From positions 1-64,000 of the IMG/VR virus record IMGVR_UViG_3300032304_000721: a stretch of DNA of 64,000 bases. The stretch is one strand, 5' to 3'. How positions within the stretch are numbered: position 1 is the first letter of the stretch; each line of letters begins with the position of its first letter. The notes beneath the pieces were generated by a model, which ran no database searches, was not told the DNA's origin, and was given only the letters and a program-made list of their open reading frames with translations. Both the position numbers and the translations under genes were made by a program. This stretch comes from a virus. This document shows positions 48,057 to 56,728 of this stretch, one piece after another.

Positions 48057-49691
48057 TTAAACTATCTGGTTTACACTGGTTCTAACACCGGCCAGCAATG
48101 TATTGGCTTGCCCTTGAGCTTGAGTGGCCAGTCCTTGAGCTTGGCCGGCCAGTCCTTGGGCTTGATTCAGCAGAGCCGTGCCTTGCCCTTGCAGATTTTT
48201 TAACGCAGTCTGGGCTTTGCCGATATCAAGCGCGGCACCAATACTAGCTGAGTTAGGCAAGTCTGCGCCAAAACTAGGAACAGGTATTTTAGCACTGCCA
48301 AGTATTTTTGTAAATGCTGTATCAACACTGGCACGATTTACTGTGTTGGCAAAACCTGCGGCCTTTTGCACGTTTGACACAAGACTGTCGCCCTGCGCAA
48401 TTAATGAATTAAATTGTCCTTGTGCTTGTGTCAACAATGCATTGGCTTGTCCTTGTGCTTGTGTCAATAATGCATTGGCTTGTCCGGTTATTTGTCCTTG
48501 CAACTGACCGGCAGCAGCAAGAGCACGTCCTTGTATCTGACCTGTTAAGGCCGAAACACTAGGCAAATTAGATGTTAAATTGCTGACGTTAAGATTGGAT
48601 AATTTGTCTAAACCGCCAGTGAGTGTGCTAGATGCTGTGGCAGCAAATTGACTGGCTTTGCCTAGGCTGTCCATGGCAGTTTTTACTGATGCTAGATTAG
48701 GAGTTATGCCAGAGGTAAGTGAGCCAAGACTAGGCAAGCCCGGAACTTGACTTGACAATGCTGACAGACCCTTTATGCTGGTCAAGTTTGAAGTTAGCGT
48801 GGTTACTCCAGGCAAACCTTTGGCCCATTGTGCGGTAAGTTGTGTACCATATTGACTGGCATTGGTAACCAAAGACGCTATTTGACTGTTTACACTGTTG
48901 GTTATTGTGGTTGTTGCGGTGGTCAATGCTGAGTTGGCTCCAGTGTACAATTGTCCTACTACAGCTGATAAGGATTGTGCGGCCGGTGTTGTAATTACAC
49001 CGGCTGCCTGCAGACTGTTGTACCCATCACGCATCAAGGTTGCTTGGGCAGAATTCTGTGCGTTAACATTTTGTAAGAACTCGTCAGCAGAAGTAATGCC
49101 TTCGCGGCCAGTCCATATGCCTGGGGCCGATAACACATCAACTAAGGTGCTGGATCCGTTTCGTAAAAATTGTTGCCAAGTGCCCGGTTTAACATATCCA
49201 GCCATTTCTAATTGTTGACAACTGAGTCCATATTGCCCTACTCCGGTTTCATTGGTCATGACATCAGCTGCTTGGTCTACAGTGTTGGCCACTTGTGACA
49301 TAAGTGCTAGAGTTTGATTGCTGGTCAATGATCCTATAGCCGGAGCAGTAAATCCTGTGCCTGCTATTGACGCTATATTGGCCTGTGTTATAGGATTGGT
49401 CAACGGAGTATTGATCAAGGATGGGATGTCAGCTGCTGTAGGTAAACCGTTAATAATGGCCAAGATTACAGTGTCGTCAACTCCGGCAGTGCCACGATCC
49501 AGCCGACTCAGCTCAAATTTAGCCAAGACAGATGTGGTTCCACTAACACTTTGCCCGGGTTCAAATCCTACCAAAGCTCCTGCGGCTACCTGACTATAAA
49601 ATGTAAAGTCAGCCTGATCTTGTGTGGTGCCTTCGGGTGCCTGCATAGTAAATTCTGCGCCAGATGGAAGTGTGTACTTAAATTGGCTCAT
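48057..49691 (-). CDS. Tail/baseplate-associated protein with possible lysozyme-like domain and Gln/Ala-rich helical repeats
   Basis: GVGQYG...LEMAGYVKPG...WTG..GI.S...FL.N...QN.AQ segment; C-terminal QAQGQANALL repeats. Confidence 0.5.
   Translation of the reverse strand: MSQFKYTLPSGAEFTMQAPEGTTQDQADFTFYSQVAAGALVGFEPGQSVSGTTSVLAKFELSRLDRGTAGVDDTVILAIINGLPTAADIPSLINTPLTNPITQANIASIAGTGFTAPAIGSLTSNQTLALMSQVANTVDQAADVMTNETGVGQYGLSCQQLEMAGYVKPGTWQQFLRNGSSTLVDVLSAPGIWTGREGITSADEFLQNVNAQNSAQATLMRDGYNSLQAAGVITTPAAQSLSAVVGQLYTGANSALTTATTTITNSVNSQIASLVTNASQYGTQLTAQWAKGLPGVTTLTSNLTSIKGLSALSSQVPGLPSLGSLTSGITPNLASVKTAMDSLGKASQFAATASSTLTGGLDKLSNLNVSNLTSNLPSVSALTGQIQGRALAAAGQLQGQITGQANALLTQAQGQANALLTQAQGQFNSLIAQGDSLVSNVQKAAGFANTVNRASVDTAFTKILGSAKIPVPSFGADLPNSASIGAALDIGKAQTALKNLQGQGTALLNQAQGLAGQAQGLATQAQGQANTLLAGVRTSVNQIV
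48414..48485. repeat. 33-bp tandem repeat (2+ copies) encoding GQANALLTQAQ
   Basis: TTGTCCTTGTGCTTGTGTCAAYAATGCATTGGC x2 plus partial copy. Confidence 0.85.
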
Positions 49692-51211
49692 CGGGTTTTA
49701 GTTATAGTTGTGTCGGCTGGAACTGGTGGAGCATCAGGTGGCGGTGTAGGAGCGCCACTAAATTTAACCGATACACTCACACCTTGATTATGATATGGAT
49801 AAGGTTCGTGAGTAGGTGCACGAGTCACTATGCTTTCCAATCCTGTGGGCTGTACTATCCAACCAGCACTGGCATTGAACTCTACGTTGGGTAACAGGTA
49901 CTTGGTCAAGCCTGCAGGTGTAGCCACTTCTGTTTTAGGACCACCGTTGAGATTTATTTTGCTTCCATTAAAACTTAGTGTGCTACTTGCGGCCCAACTG
50001 CCCAATTGACTGGTCATGGCCAACGTACCAGGAGTTTTTAATCCTATACCAGCTTGACTGAACAGAGTCAGCTGACCTTTGTTTGACACAGTCATGTCTG
50101 TGTCACTTTGCATGGTTGTGCCCTTGGTGCTTTTCATGTTGATTTTTCCGCCGGCAAACATGTTGATATCTTCATCAGCATGCAGATTAATAGTGCCTTG
50201 TGTGCGTAGATTCACACTGTTGGTAGTGTAGACATCTAAGGTACCTTCTTGACCTAGTTCAATGTAGGCCTGGCCGTTGGCATGGCAAATGTACAAGCAG
50301 TCGCCGTCGTCACTCATGGTAATTTGATGGCCTTTGCTGGTGCGAATGCGTACAAGATTGTCATTGCCTTGCAAGTCGCCATCATCCATGACTAGGGTGT
50401 GGCCGCCACGTCGTGCTATCACTGTGGCTGCATTGGGTGCCGCGGCATTTAAAGTTTGACCAGTAATCCCTGCTTCGCCGCCGGCACCTGCGCCAATACC
50501 ACCTTGATAAATTGCACGTCCAGGAGTGCTAATACCGTAGCAGTTGCTAGGGCTTTCTCGTTGGCTAGTGCTGCCAATACTTCCACGCACTTGGTCGTTG
50601 ATTAGGCCTTGTTGAAACAACACACCAGCCAGATAACTGTGTACTGGTTTAGGTTGATCAAAATATTTGGGATTTTGACTGATTTGTTTGTTGGTATTAT
50701 TGATTTCTGTTACGGGCAGTCGTTCAGACCCAGCAAAGTAACTGGTCTGAGTGGCATTTTGTGTCATGGCCTGATCTTTGACAACAGACCCAATGGCAGG
50801 AATCATGTGCGTAATTCCTTGAGTCGGAACACAACCTATGTAGTAGCCAGTTGGTTCGCCAGCAACAAACAAGCACAACACTTGTACTCCAATGTCGGGC
50901 GGTGTAAACCACATGCCATAACTTTGTGGATTGCCCTGTTCAAATGCTCCTGTGCCTGCACCAGCACCAGCTGGAGTAGATCCATAGAATGGTGGACAGT
51001 AGCTCACAGTGGCCCATGTTTGTGAATTGGTTGGATCTGGACTGCCAAACTGTTGGATATAAACTTGGAGTTTTCCTGAACGTGCAGAGTCAACGTTGTT
51101 TTTTACTATGCCAATGTACGCCCCGGGAGGTACCGGCATACCTCCACGATCGGGTTTGTAATTACGTGGTTTTCCTGCGCTGAGTTCTAGATTCTCGCCT
51201 GACATGGTCAC
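49688..51211 (-). CDS. Baseplate central spike/hub protein (T4 gp5 / VgrG OB-fold type)
   Basis: GIVKNNVD..RSGKLQVYI...W..VSY..PFYG...YGMWF.PPDIG.QVL; GHTLVMDD, RT.KGHQI.M.D; beta-helix-like C-terminal repeats; no lysozyme insert seen. Confidence 0.8.
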   Translation of the reverse strand: MTMSGENLELSAGKPRNYKPDRGGMPVPPGAYIGIVKNNVDSARSGKLQVYIQQFGSPDPTNSQTWATVSYCPPFYGSTPAGAGAGTGAFEQGNPQSYGMWFTPPDIGVQVLCLFVAGEPTGYYIGCVPTQGITHMIPAIGSVVKDQAMTQNATQTSYFAGSERLPVTEINNTNKQISQNPKYFDQPKPVHSYLAGVLFQQGLINDQVRGSIGSTSQRESPSNCYGISTPGRAIYQGGIGAGAGGEAGITGQTLNAAAPNAATVIARRGGHTLVMDDGDLQGNDNLVRIRTSKGHQITMSDDGDCLYICHANGQAYIELGQEGTLDVYTTNSVNLRTQGTINLHADEDINMFAGGKINMKSTKGTTMQSDTDMTVSNKGQLTLFSQAGIGLKTPGTLAMTSQLGSWAASSTLSFNGSKINLNGGPKTEVATPAGLTKYLLPNVEFNASAGWIVQPTGLESIVTRAPTHEPYPYHNQGVSVSVKFSGAPTPPPDAPPVPADTTITKTR

Positions 51212-52929
51212 TCATCCTTTGCTATTTGTTGTGATGCTCTTGTGTTTGGTGCAAACGGACTGGTACGTCCTGCAAATGCCCCAGTCTGTCCTGCAAATGC
51301 CCCAGTCTGTCCTGCAAATGCCCCAGTCTGTCCTGCAAACGGTGACCGAATGTCGCCGCTTGATGTTGGAGCTGCAGGAGGTGCCGCTGGTTGCGGCGAT
51401 GGCAATGCCGACCCAGCTGTGCCAGCAGGATCATAAAGATCACCGTATTCGTTTCTGCGCAGATTGGATACCTGTCCAGTTTCATCCACAACCTCAGATC
51501 CCAACGAACCATCATTAGGTATACCAGTGGTGCGCGAAGCAGCGGTGGCAGTGGCAGCGGGCGTAGTTGCTGGTCTTCCGGCACCAGTGGCAGCGGATGC
51601 TTTTACCTCACCTGTTAATAATTTACCTGTGAGTTCCTGTTCAAACTTGCCTTTGCTGAATATACTTTTGCATTCAATGGCTGTAAACGTATAATTTTCT
51701 TGCGGTAATCCTTGACGGTTCATGGCGTTGGTATTCATAATGCCGGTGTTAAAATCATAATCCACAGGTTGATTAAAACTCACGTCAAACATGATTGCCG
51801 AAGCATCAAAGTTGATACTACCGTCAGGGGTAAATGGAGCAAAGTTAAATGTTCTAGCACTTACTCCAAGACCACATTCACCCTGTTGTAACCAAGCCGG
51901 ATCTCCAACAATACGCATTTTGACTGTGCTCAACGACTTGGGATCATATAAAAAACTAGCAGCATTGTCGCTGGGTTCGTTGGCATAGTCCTTGGCACCT
52001 TGAGCATGATTTTCACTGGTAGCCACATAGATTTTGCGATTTTGATCGCGCCAATCTGTTTTGAGCTTTTTTTGTATGTTGGCGCCAATGCCGGTTAGGG
52101 CTATACGATAAGCATTGTCATATTTTTGTTCGTAGCTTAGGATCTGTGTGTTCTGCCCAGTGAACCAATATTGATACGACTTGTGTACTCCACGATACCG
52201 ACTTTCAGGATAATATTGGCTGATCATTTGTGCAGGTTGGTATGGACTAACAATAAATCTCATTCGATAAGCAAAATCATTTATAATGTTGTCTTTGCCC
52301 AGTGGTTCTGCAGCCACACTAATTTTAAACCAAGCCATGGGTTTGCCAGTACCCGGACTAGAAACTTGTTTTTGTACACCGGTTACTGGATCCGGTACTG
52401 GGCTAATTTGCACTATCTGTTGATCTGTAATAAAACTGCTGACACGCATCACGTTGTCAATTACTTGTACAATTTGTGATCCGGCCGATACTGGCCAAGT
52501 CATAGCACTGAGATTTACACTATTTTCATCTGGGTCAAGTTTCTTTGCAGTGGCATTGTTCTGCATAGGAGCTTGAGCTTTATTTTGATCTCCGGGACGC
52601 TTGATTGTAGAATCACCTAGAGCCGCTGGGGCAAATTCAATCACATACTGGTCAGGAATTTCACGTTTTTTATCTTTGACCAATTGCGCTTGAAATTGGT
52701 TAAGGGCAGCACATAGGCCAGTAAACAGATTTTCTTTGCCGGCTACTGGAGCAGCCGAGGCTTTGGCCGGTGCACCGGTGTTGTTAATACCTGCAGTAAA
52801 ACCACCAGACGTGGAGCCTGTAGCCTCGGCCGCAGCCGCTGAACCGCCAAACTCAGCGGCAAAACTGTCGCCGCGAACGCCAGCATTTTCCTCTACTGGT
52901 GGTGGGCGTAAGCGTTGTCCTCTTGCCAT
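51208..52929 (-). CDS. Baseplate hub-like tail protein (C-terminal part)
   Basis: K.Y.YWFTGQNTQIL, MRIVGDPAWL, Y....C.S.FSKGKFEQEL motifs; low-complexity termini. Confidence 0.6.
   Translation of the reverse strand: MARGQRLRPPPVEENAGVRGDSFAAEFGGSAAAAEATGSTSGGFTAGINNTGAPAKASAAPVAGKENLFTGLCAALNQFQAQLVKDKKREIPDQYVIEFAPAALGDSTIKRPGDQNKAQAPMQNNATAKKLDPDENSVNLSAMTWPVSAGSQIVQVIDNVMRVSSFITDQQIVQISPVPDPVTGVQKQVSSPGTGKPMAWFKISVAAEPLGKDNIINDFAYRMRFIVSPYQPAQMISQYYPESRYRGVHKSYQYWFTGQNTQILSYEQKYDNAYRIALTGIGANIQKKLKTDWRDQNRKIYVATSENHAQGAKDYANEPSDNAASFLYDPKSLSTVKMRIVGDPAWLQQGECGLGVSARTFNFAPFTPDGSINFDASAIMFDVSFNQPVDYDFNTGIMNTNAMNRQGLPQENYTFTAIECKSIFSKGKFEQELTGKLLTGEVKASAATGAGRPATTPAATATAASRTTGIPNDGSLGSEVVDETGQVSNLRRNEYGDLYDPAGTAGSALPSPQPAAPPAAPTSSGDIRSPFAGQTGAFAGQTGAFAGQTGAFAGRTSPFAPNTRASQQIAKDE
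51267..51339. repeat. 21-bp perfect tandem repeat (3.5 copies) encoding AFAGQTG
   Basis: GTCCTGCAAATGCCCCAGTCT x3 plus GTCCTGCAAA. Confidence 0.92.
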
Positions 52930-52933
52930 AGTG

Positions 52934-54250
52934 TTATGCTCCTACTACGTTGAAAGGACTGGTTGTGTCGCCGGTAAAATTACCATTGGCATCAACTCCG
53001 GCATTGGCTTGATCAATGGCCACCGACGCAGCCACTGCTTCATTGACTGGAGCAGGTTGATCTTTTCTGGCACCAGGATCGGTAGTATTTTTTACAGTTA
53101 TTGGTTTGCCATTTAACAATTGATTTACAGTTTGTCCAGTCATGACAAAGTCATGTGGAATTGTGCCACGGTCAGTACTACTGTTATATTTCATAGGAAT
53201 AGGTTTGCCAAAGATTGAATATTCTATGGCTTTGTTGGCCACTGTAAATTTTATATCTGTCAAAGTAAACGGATAATACTTGGTAATCACAGCTGTCTGT
53301 CCGTACCCACCGCTGGCACTACTACTGTTGGTGCTGTAGGTTCCTTTTGCTGGTGCAACCAAGTTGCCATTTACATCGTATCCGTAGAATTGTATGACCA
53401 AACAGTATTGTGCTGTGAGGTAGTTGGGGGTATCATTGGTGCCGCTGGTGGTAGGTGTGGCGCCGTATACTGATTTTACAGCATTGAACAAACTTTGTAT
53501 CAGTGTGATGCCGTTGGGCTCGGTTACTCGAAATCGTATGTCCACAGCATTGTTGGCCGCATTTTTCCCACCGCCCCATATCTTGCTACTGATTTCAAGA
53601 TCGTCCATGTAGTAGTCCACAGGAAACGCTGGACTACGGCCTTTGGTTGCCGCACCGCCACTTTGCATCAGCAGTTGCCAACCGGATATATTGGCCTTTT
53701 GTGTGTTGACCATGGCGGTAAATTGTGCCGGACTCAGCAGATACCAACTGATGCCATAGGTATAACTGGCATACTGATCCAGTTGATTGGGTTGTGTTGG
53801 GATAAGCTGATTGGCGTTCCCAGTTGAAAACACAGCCAGTACCTGTTGTGTGGCTGCGGTGTTAGGGCCTGGGTTGTTGTCGGACCCTTTGGATTCAAAT
53901 GCGTTGGATGAGGTGCCAGCGCCGGTGCCACCCGATGTGGGTGCTTGAGTAGGACCGTCATCTCTGGCATTGGGTGCTGGCGTGCTTTGACTTTGACCGG
54001 TGGTTACTGCGGGGCTGGCTAGCTCAGGCGAAGGAGAGGTTATGATTTCTTGTAAACGATTGGCGGCGTCAAGATATTGTGGTGTCAGTGCGCTAGCCTG
54101 TTGTTGATATTGTTGTGCCTGTGGCGACCCGATACCAAATTCTCTAGCGGCTGCATCACGCTGATCCAACAGAGCATCAACTTGTTGTTTGAGTGCATCT
54201 TTTTGTGCCAGGGCTTCGTTATAGCCTGGTTTGGAATTTAAACTGCTCAT
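52934..54250 (-). CDS. Baseplate hub-like tail protein (N-terminal part)
   Basis: NQLDQYASYTY.ISWY, DYYMDDL, F.VTEPNG.TL, L.IQFYGYD motifs; within baseplate module. Confidence 0.6.
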   Translation of the reverse strand: MSSLNSKPGYNEALAQKDALKQQVDALLDQRDAAAREFGIGSPQAQQYQQQASALTPQYLDAANRLQEIITSPSPELASPAVTTGQSQSTPAPNARDDGPTQAPTSGGTGAGTSSNAFESKGSDNNPGPNTAATQQVLAVFSTGNANQLIPTQPNQLDQYASYTYGISWYLLSPAQFTAMVNTQKANISGWQLLMQSGGAATKGRSPAFPVDYYMDDLEISSKIWGGGKNAANNAVDIRFRVTEPNGITLIQSLFNAVKSVYGATPTTSGTNDTPNYLTAQYCLVIQFYGYDVNGNLVAPAKGTYSTNSSSASGGYGQTAVITKYYPFTLTDIKFTVANKAIEYSIFGKPIPMKYNSSTDRGTIPHDFVMTGQTVNQLLNGKPITVKNTTDPGARKDQPAPVNEAVAASVAIDQANAGVDANGNFTGDTTSPFNVVGA

Positions 54251-54251
54251 A

Positions 54252-54554
54252 TCAGAATCCCAACACTGTTTTTAAGGTGTCAATTTTTGGCAAGTAAATT
54301 ACAGCGCCTGCTTCAAAGTCCATGGGCGGCGCTGTTAGAGTATTAGGATTGCGTTGATAAAACACCCACCATAGACCAGCATCGCCGTACAGGTCATAGG
54401 CCAACAGGTCTGGTCTGTATTGAAACGTAGTATTGATAGTAAACATGATGTCGTCGGTGCTTTTGGGTATGGGTCTATTGACCATGACATCTAAAAAGAA
54501 TTGGCTATATCCTGTTAGAAAATACGGACTGGTGCTAGAATATTGATCGCTCAT
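54252..54554 (-). CDS. Baseplate wedge LysM-like protein (T4 gp53-like)
   Basis: YRPDLLAYDLYG...LWWVF..RNP...P..DF..G..IYLP. Confidence 0.78.
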   Translation of the reverse strand: MSDQYSSTSPYFLTGYSQFFLDVMVNRPIPKSTDDIMFTINTTFQYRPDLLAYDLYGDAGLWWVFYQRNPNTLTAPPMDFEAGAVIYLPKIDTLKTVLGF

Positions 54555-55654
54555 TACCAGAACCCTCCTTTGAGTAATTGACCATTAGCAAATCCTTTGA
54601 GACTAAATTGTCGACTGACCTGTTGACGACTTTGCACTGGCAACAAGGTCAACTGTATATCTATCTTGCTGGGCACATAGGTAGGATTATTTAATAGACC
54701 CTGCAAAGGCGCCGGTATGGCATTTTGAGCGCCTGGCGGCAAGAATGCTGTGGCCAGTCTTGTTGCTGTGGGTGCTACAGCATTTAGCGTAGTAGAATAT
54801 AAATTTTGCAAAGGTTGTAGGTTCAATCCAAGATTGTTTGCACTTCCTGAACTGATATAATCAACATCAGCTGGTAATACATAGTTGAATGATTGTACTA
54901 GGCAAGGATGGTTGTTGAACTGATAGTCGCCCAGACCACTTAGGAACACTAAAGGTGGTGGGCTTCCGCGCTGTGCATCTTGGCCATAAAACATTTTGGT
55001 CACTGAACGGAAAAAATGAATTACTGCCAGCACATAAGATGCATCTGCGGTGCTTTGAGCAGTAAAGGTAGCATTCATGTTGATTGCATCTGTGTAACTA
55101 TTCTGATAAAAATATCCCCGATAGTTTGAGTGAGTCAAATCATAGTTGCTATAGTTGGCCTTGTAGGCTGTGGTTATAGACGGAGTGTAGGGAAATATTA
55201 CTCCATTGGTAACTTTTAACGGTTGCAACAAGCCAGCGTCTGGCGCTGCATATAGGTATGTGGCACCTGGTGCCAATCTAAGGGTCACACGCCAGTCAGT
55301 ATTACGTGGCATTTGTTGTGTTAAATTGGTATTGGTCTCTTGGTTCTGTGCCTGGACCACTCCAGAGGTCACTTCACTTTGAGTGCTATTTAAGGGCCGA
55401 CCAGTTTCGTCATCAACTTCGGCCGCACGAAATAACGATCCGTTTTTAAACGTGTTACCCAGACTGTCGGTGGTGTATTGATCTCCAGACTCTTCTGGTT
55501 CGTCGCCGTAGCCCACTGCTGATGCTGGTGGCACTGGTTCTGCGGAGGTTCGTACGTCTGACGCTGGCACTGCCACAGTTTCGCCTGCACTGAGTCCGGC
55601 TTGGTAGTCGCCGTCGCCCGGATCAACTGGATCGTTTTCGTTAATATCTGCCAT
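54554..55654 (-). CDS. Tail tube initiator / baseplate-tube junction protein
   Basis: GVIFPYTP.I...Y.ANY....THSNY, HFFRSVTKMFYG, PPP.VFLSG.G...F...PCLV.SF..LP.DVDY; start likely ATG 55654. Confidence 0.65.
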   Translation of the reverse strand: MADINENDPVDPGDGDYQAGLSAGETVAVPASDVRTSAEPVPPASAVGYGDEPEESGDQYTTDSLGNTFKNGSLFRAAEVDDETGRPLNSTQSEVTSGVVQAQNQETNTNLTQQMPRNTDWRVTLRLAPGATYLYAAPDAGLLQPLKVTNGVIFPYTPSITTAYKANYSNYDLTHSNYRGYFYQNSYTDAINMNATFTAQSTADASYVLAVIHFFRSVTKMFYGQDAQRGSPPPLVFLSGLGDYQFNNHPCLVQSFNYVLPADVDYISSGSANNLGLNLQPLQNLYSTTLNAVAPTATRLATAFLPPGAQNAIPAPLQGLLNNPTYVPSKIDIQLTLLPVQSRQQVSRQFSLKGFANGQLLKGGFW

Positions 55655-55672
55655 GTGTGTTCTCTTGTACAA

Positions 55673-55678
55673 TATTTA
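55673..55678 (-). promoter_or_regulatory. Putative late promoter (TAAATA) heading the tail module
   Basis: 18 nt upstream of ATG 55654 in the divergent intergenic region. Confidence 0.6.
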
Positions 55679-55714
55679 GTGGAAAAATAAACCACCCAGA
55701 TAATGATTTAAAGG

Positions 55715-55747
55715 TTGACAACCGTGGTTTTTGTGCTACAATAAATA
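55715..55747 (+). promoter_or_regulatory. Sigma70-type promoter overlapped by a TAAATA motif, upstream of late sigma gene
   Basis: TTGACA (55715-20), 16 bp, TGcTACAAT (extended -10, 55737-42), TAAATA 55742-47; AGGAGA RBS. Confidence 0.7.
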
Positions 55748-55767
55748 TACTATTAGGAGATCAACGA

Positions 55768-56682
55768 GTGTCAACCACCCCCACAAGAACACCAGCAAAA
55801 ACGAATTATTTAAATAATCGTGACATCTTAAAACAAATACACCTAAGCAAAAATACCTACTGTACCTATCTAGATCCGGTTGCAGATCATCAGTATGATA
55901 TTATTTTACCCACGCTGGCCAAGATCAATCAACGTACCATTGCCGAAGCTAGACGCAATCGGGCTGATAGATTAAAGCGTGAAGGCGTTGTTGTAGACCC
56001 AAAAAAGATACCAAATACTGATCTGGTGTTTAGAATCACTTGTTGGGATCACATACCAATGGCACCTAAAAAAGTGCCCAAGACCGCGGCAAAAAAGAAA
56101 AAAATTGAAGATATTTTTGAACTGGAACTGGATGCCGAAGAAGATCCCCTGGCAGAATTGTTGGATATTCCTGTTCTGGACGAAAAGCATGTGCGCCTAA
56201 ACTTTCCGCCATTTTATCACTATCGCTTGGATGAAAACAAGCAACCGTTCCAAGTGGGCAAGAGCCACTGGATTGGCGATTTTGAACACGGTGAATTCTC
56301 CAAAGATCACGGCAATGCCACACGCACGCTTGCTACTATGTACATGAAGCTGTGTGAACGCTATGCTACTCGATCAAACTGGCGCGGTTATACCTACAAT
56401 GAAGAAATGCGAGGACAGGCTCTGCTACAGTTGAGTCAGATTGGTCTACAATTTGACGAATCAAAAAGTCAAAATCCATTTGCTTACTACACTGCGGCTA
56501 TCACCAACAGCTTCACCAGAATTTTGAATCTTGAAAAGAAAAATCAAAACATTCGTGACGACATGCTAGAACAAGCTGGACTGAACCCTTCGTGGACTAG
56601 ACAAAACGCAGGTAAAAAGAATCCTAACTTTGGCGCTGTGGTCACTAATATTGACATTGCCGAATATAACAACAACGATTAA
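55768..56682 (+). CDS. gp55: Late-transcription sigma factor (T4 gp55-like)
   Basis: NYLNN.D+L N-terminus; KLCERYATRSNWRGYTYNEEM...FDESKSQNPFAYYT....NSF.RIL..EKK; located upstream of gp47/gp46 as in T4; GTG start after AGGAG. Confidence 0.82.
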   Translation: MSTTPTRTPAKTNYLNNRDILKQIHLSKNTYCTYLDPVADHQYDIILPTLAKINQRTIAEARRNRADRLKREGVVVDPKKIPNTDLVFRITCWDHIPMAPKKVPKTAAKKKKIEDIFELELDAEEDPLAELLDIPVLDEKHVRLNFPPFYHYRLDENKQPFQVGKSHWIGDFEHGEFSKDHGNATRTLATMYMKLCERYATRSNWRGYTYNEEMRGQALLQLSQIGLQFDESKSQNPFAYYTAAITNSFTRILNLEKKNQNIRDDMLEQAGLNPSWTRQNAGKKNPNFGAVVTNIDIAEYNNND

Positions 56683-56691
56683 CCAGATGGG

Positions 56692-56720
56692 TTGCAAAAC
56701 CCGTCTTTGTAGTGTATACT
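56692..56720 (+). promoter_or_regulatory. Sigma70-type promoter
   Basis: TTGCAA (56692-97), 17 bp, TATACT (56715-20), 8 nt before ATG 56729. Confidence 0.65.
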
Positions 56721-56728
56721 TCTAAACT

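Noticed and set aside
51267-51339. 21-bp repeats as a possible CRISPR array
   Set aside because: Head-to-tail with no spacers, in-frame within a CDS, and no cas genes
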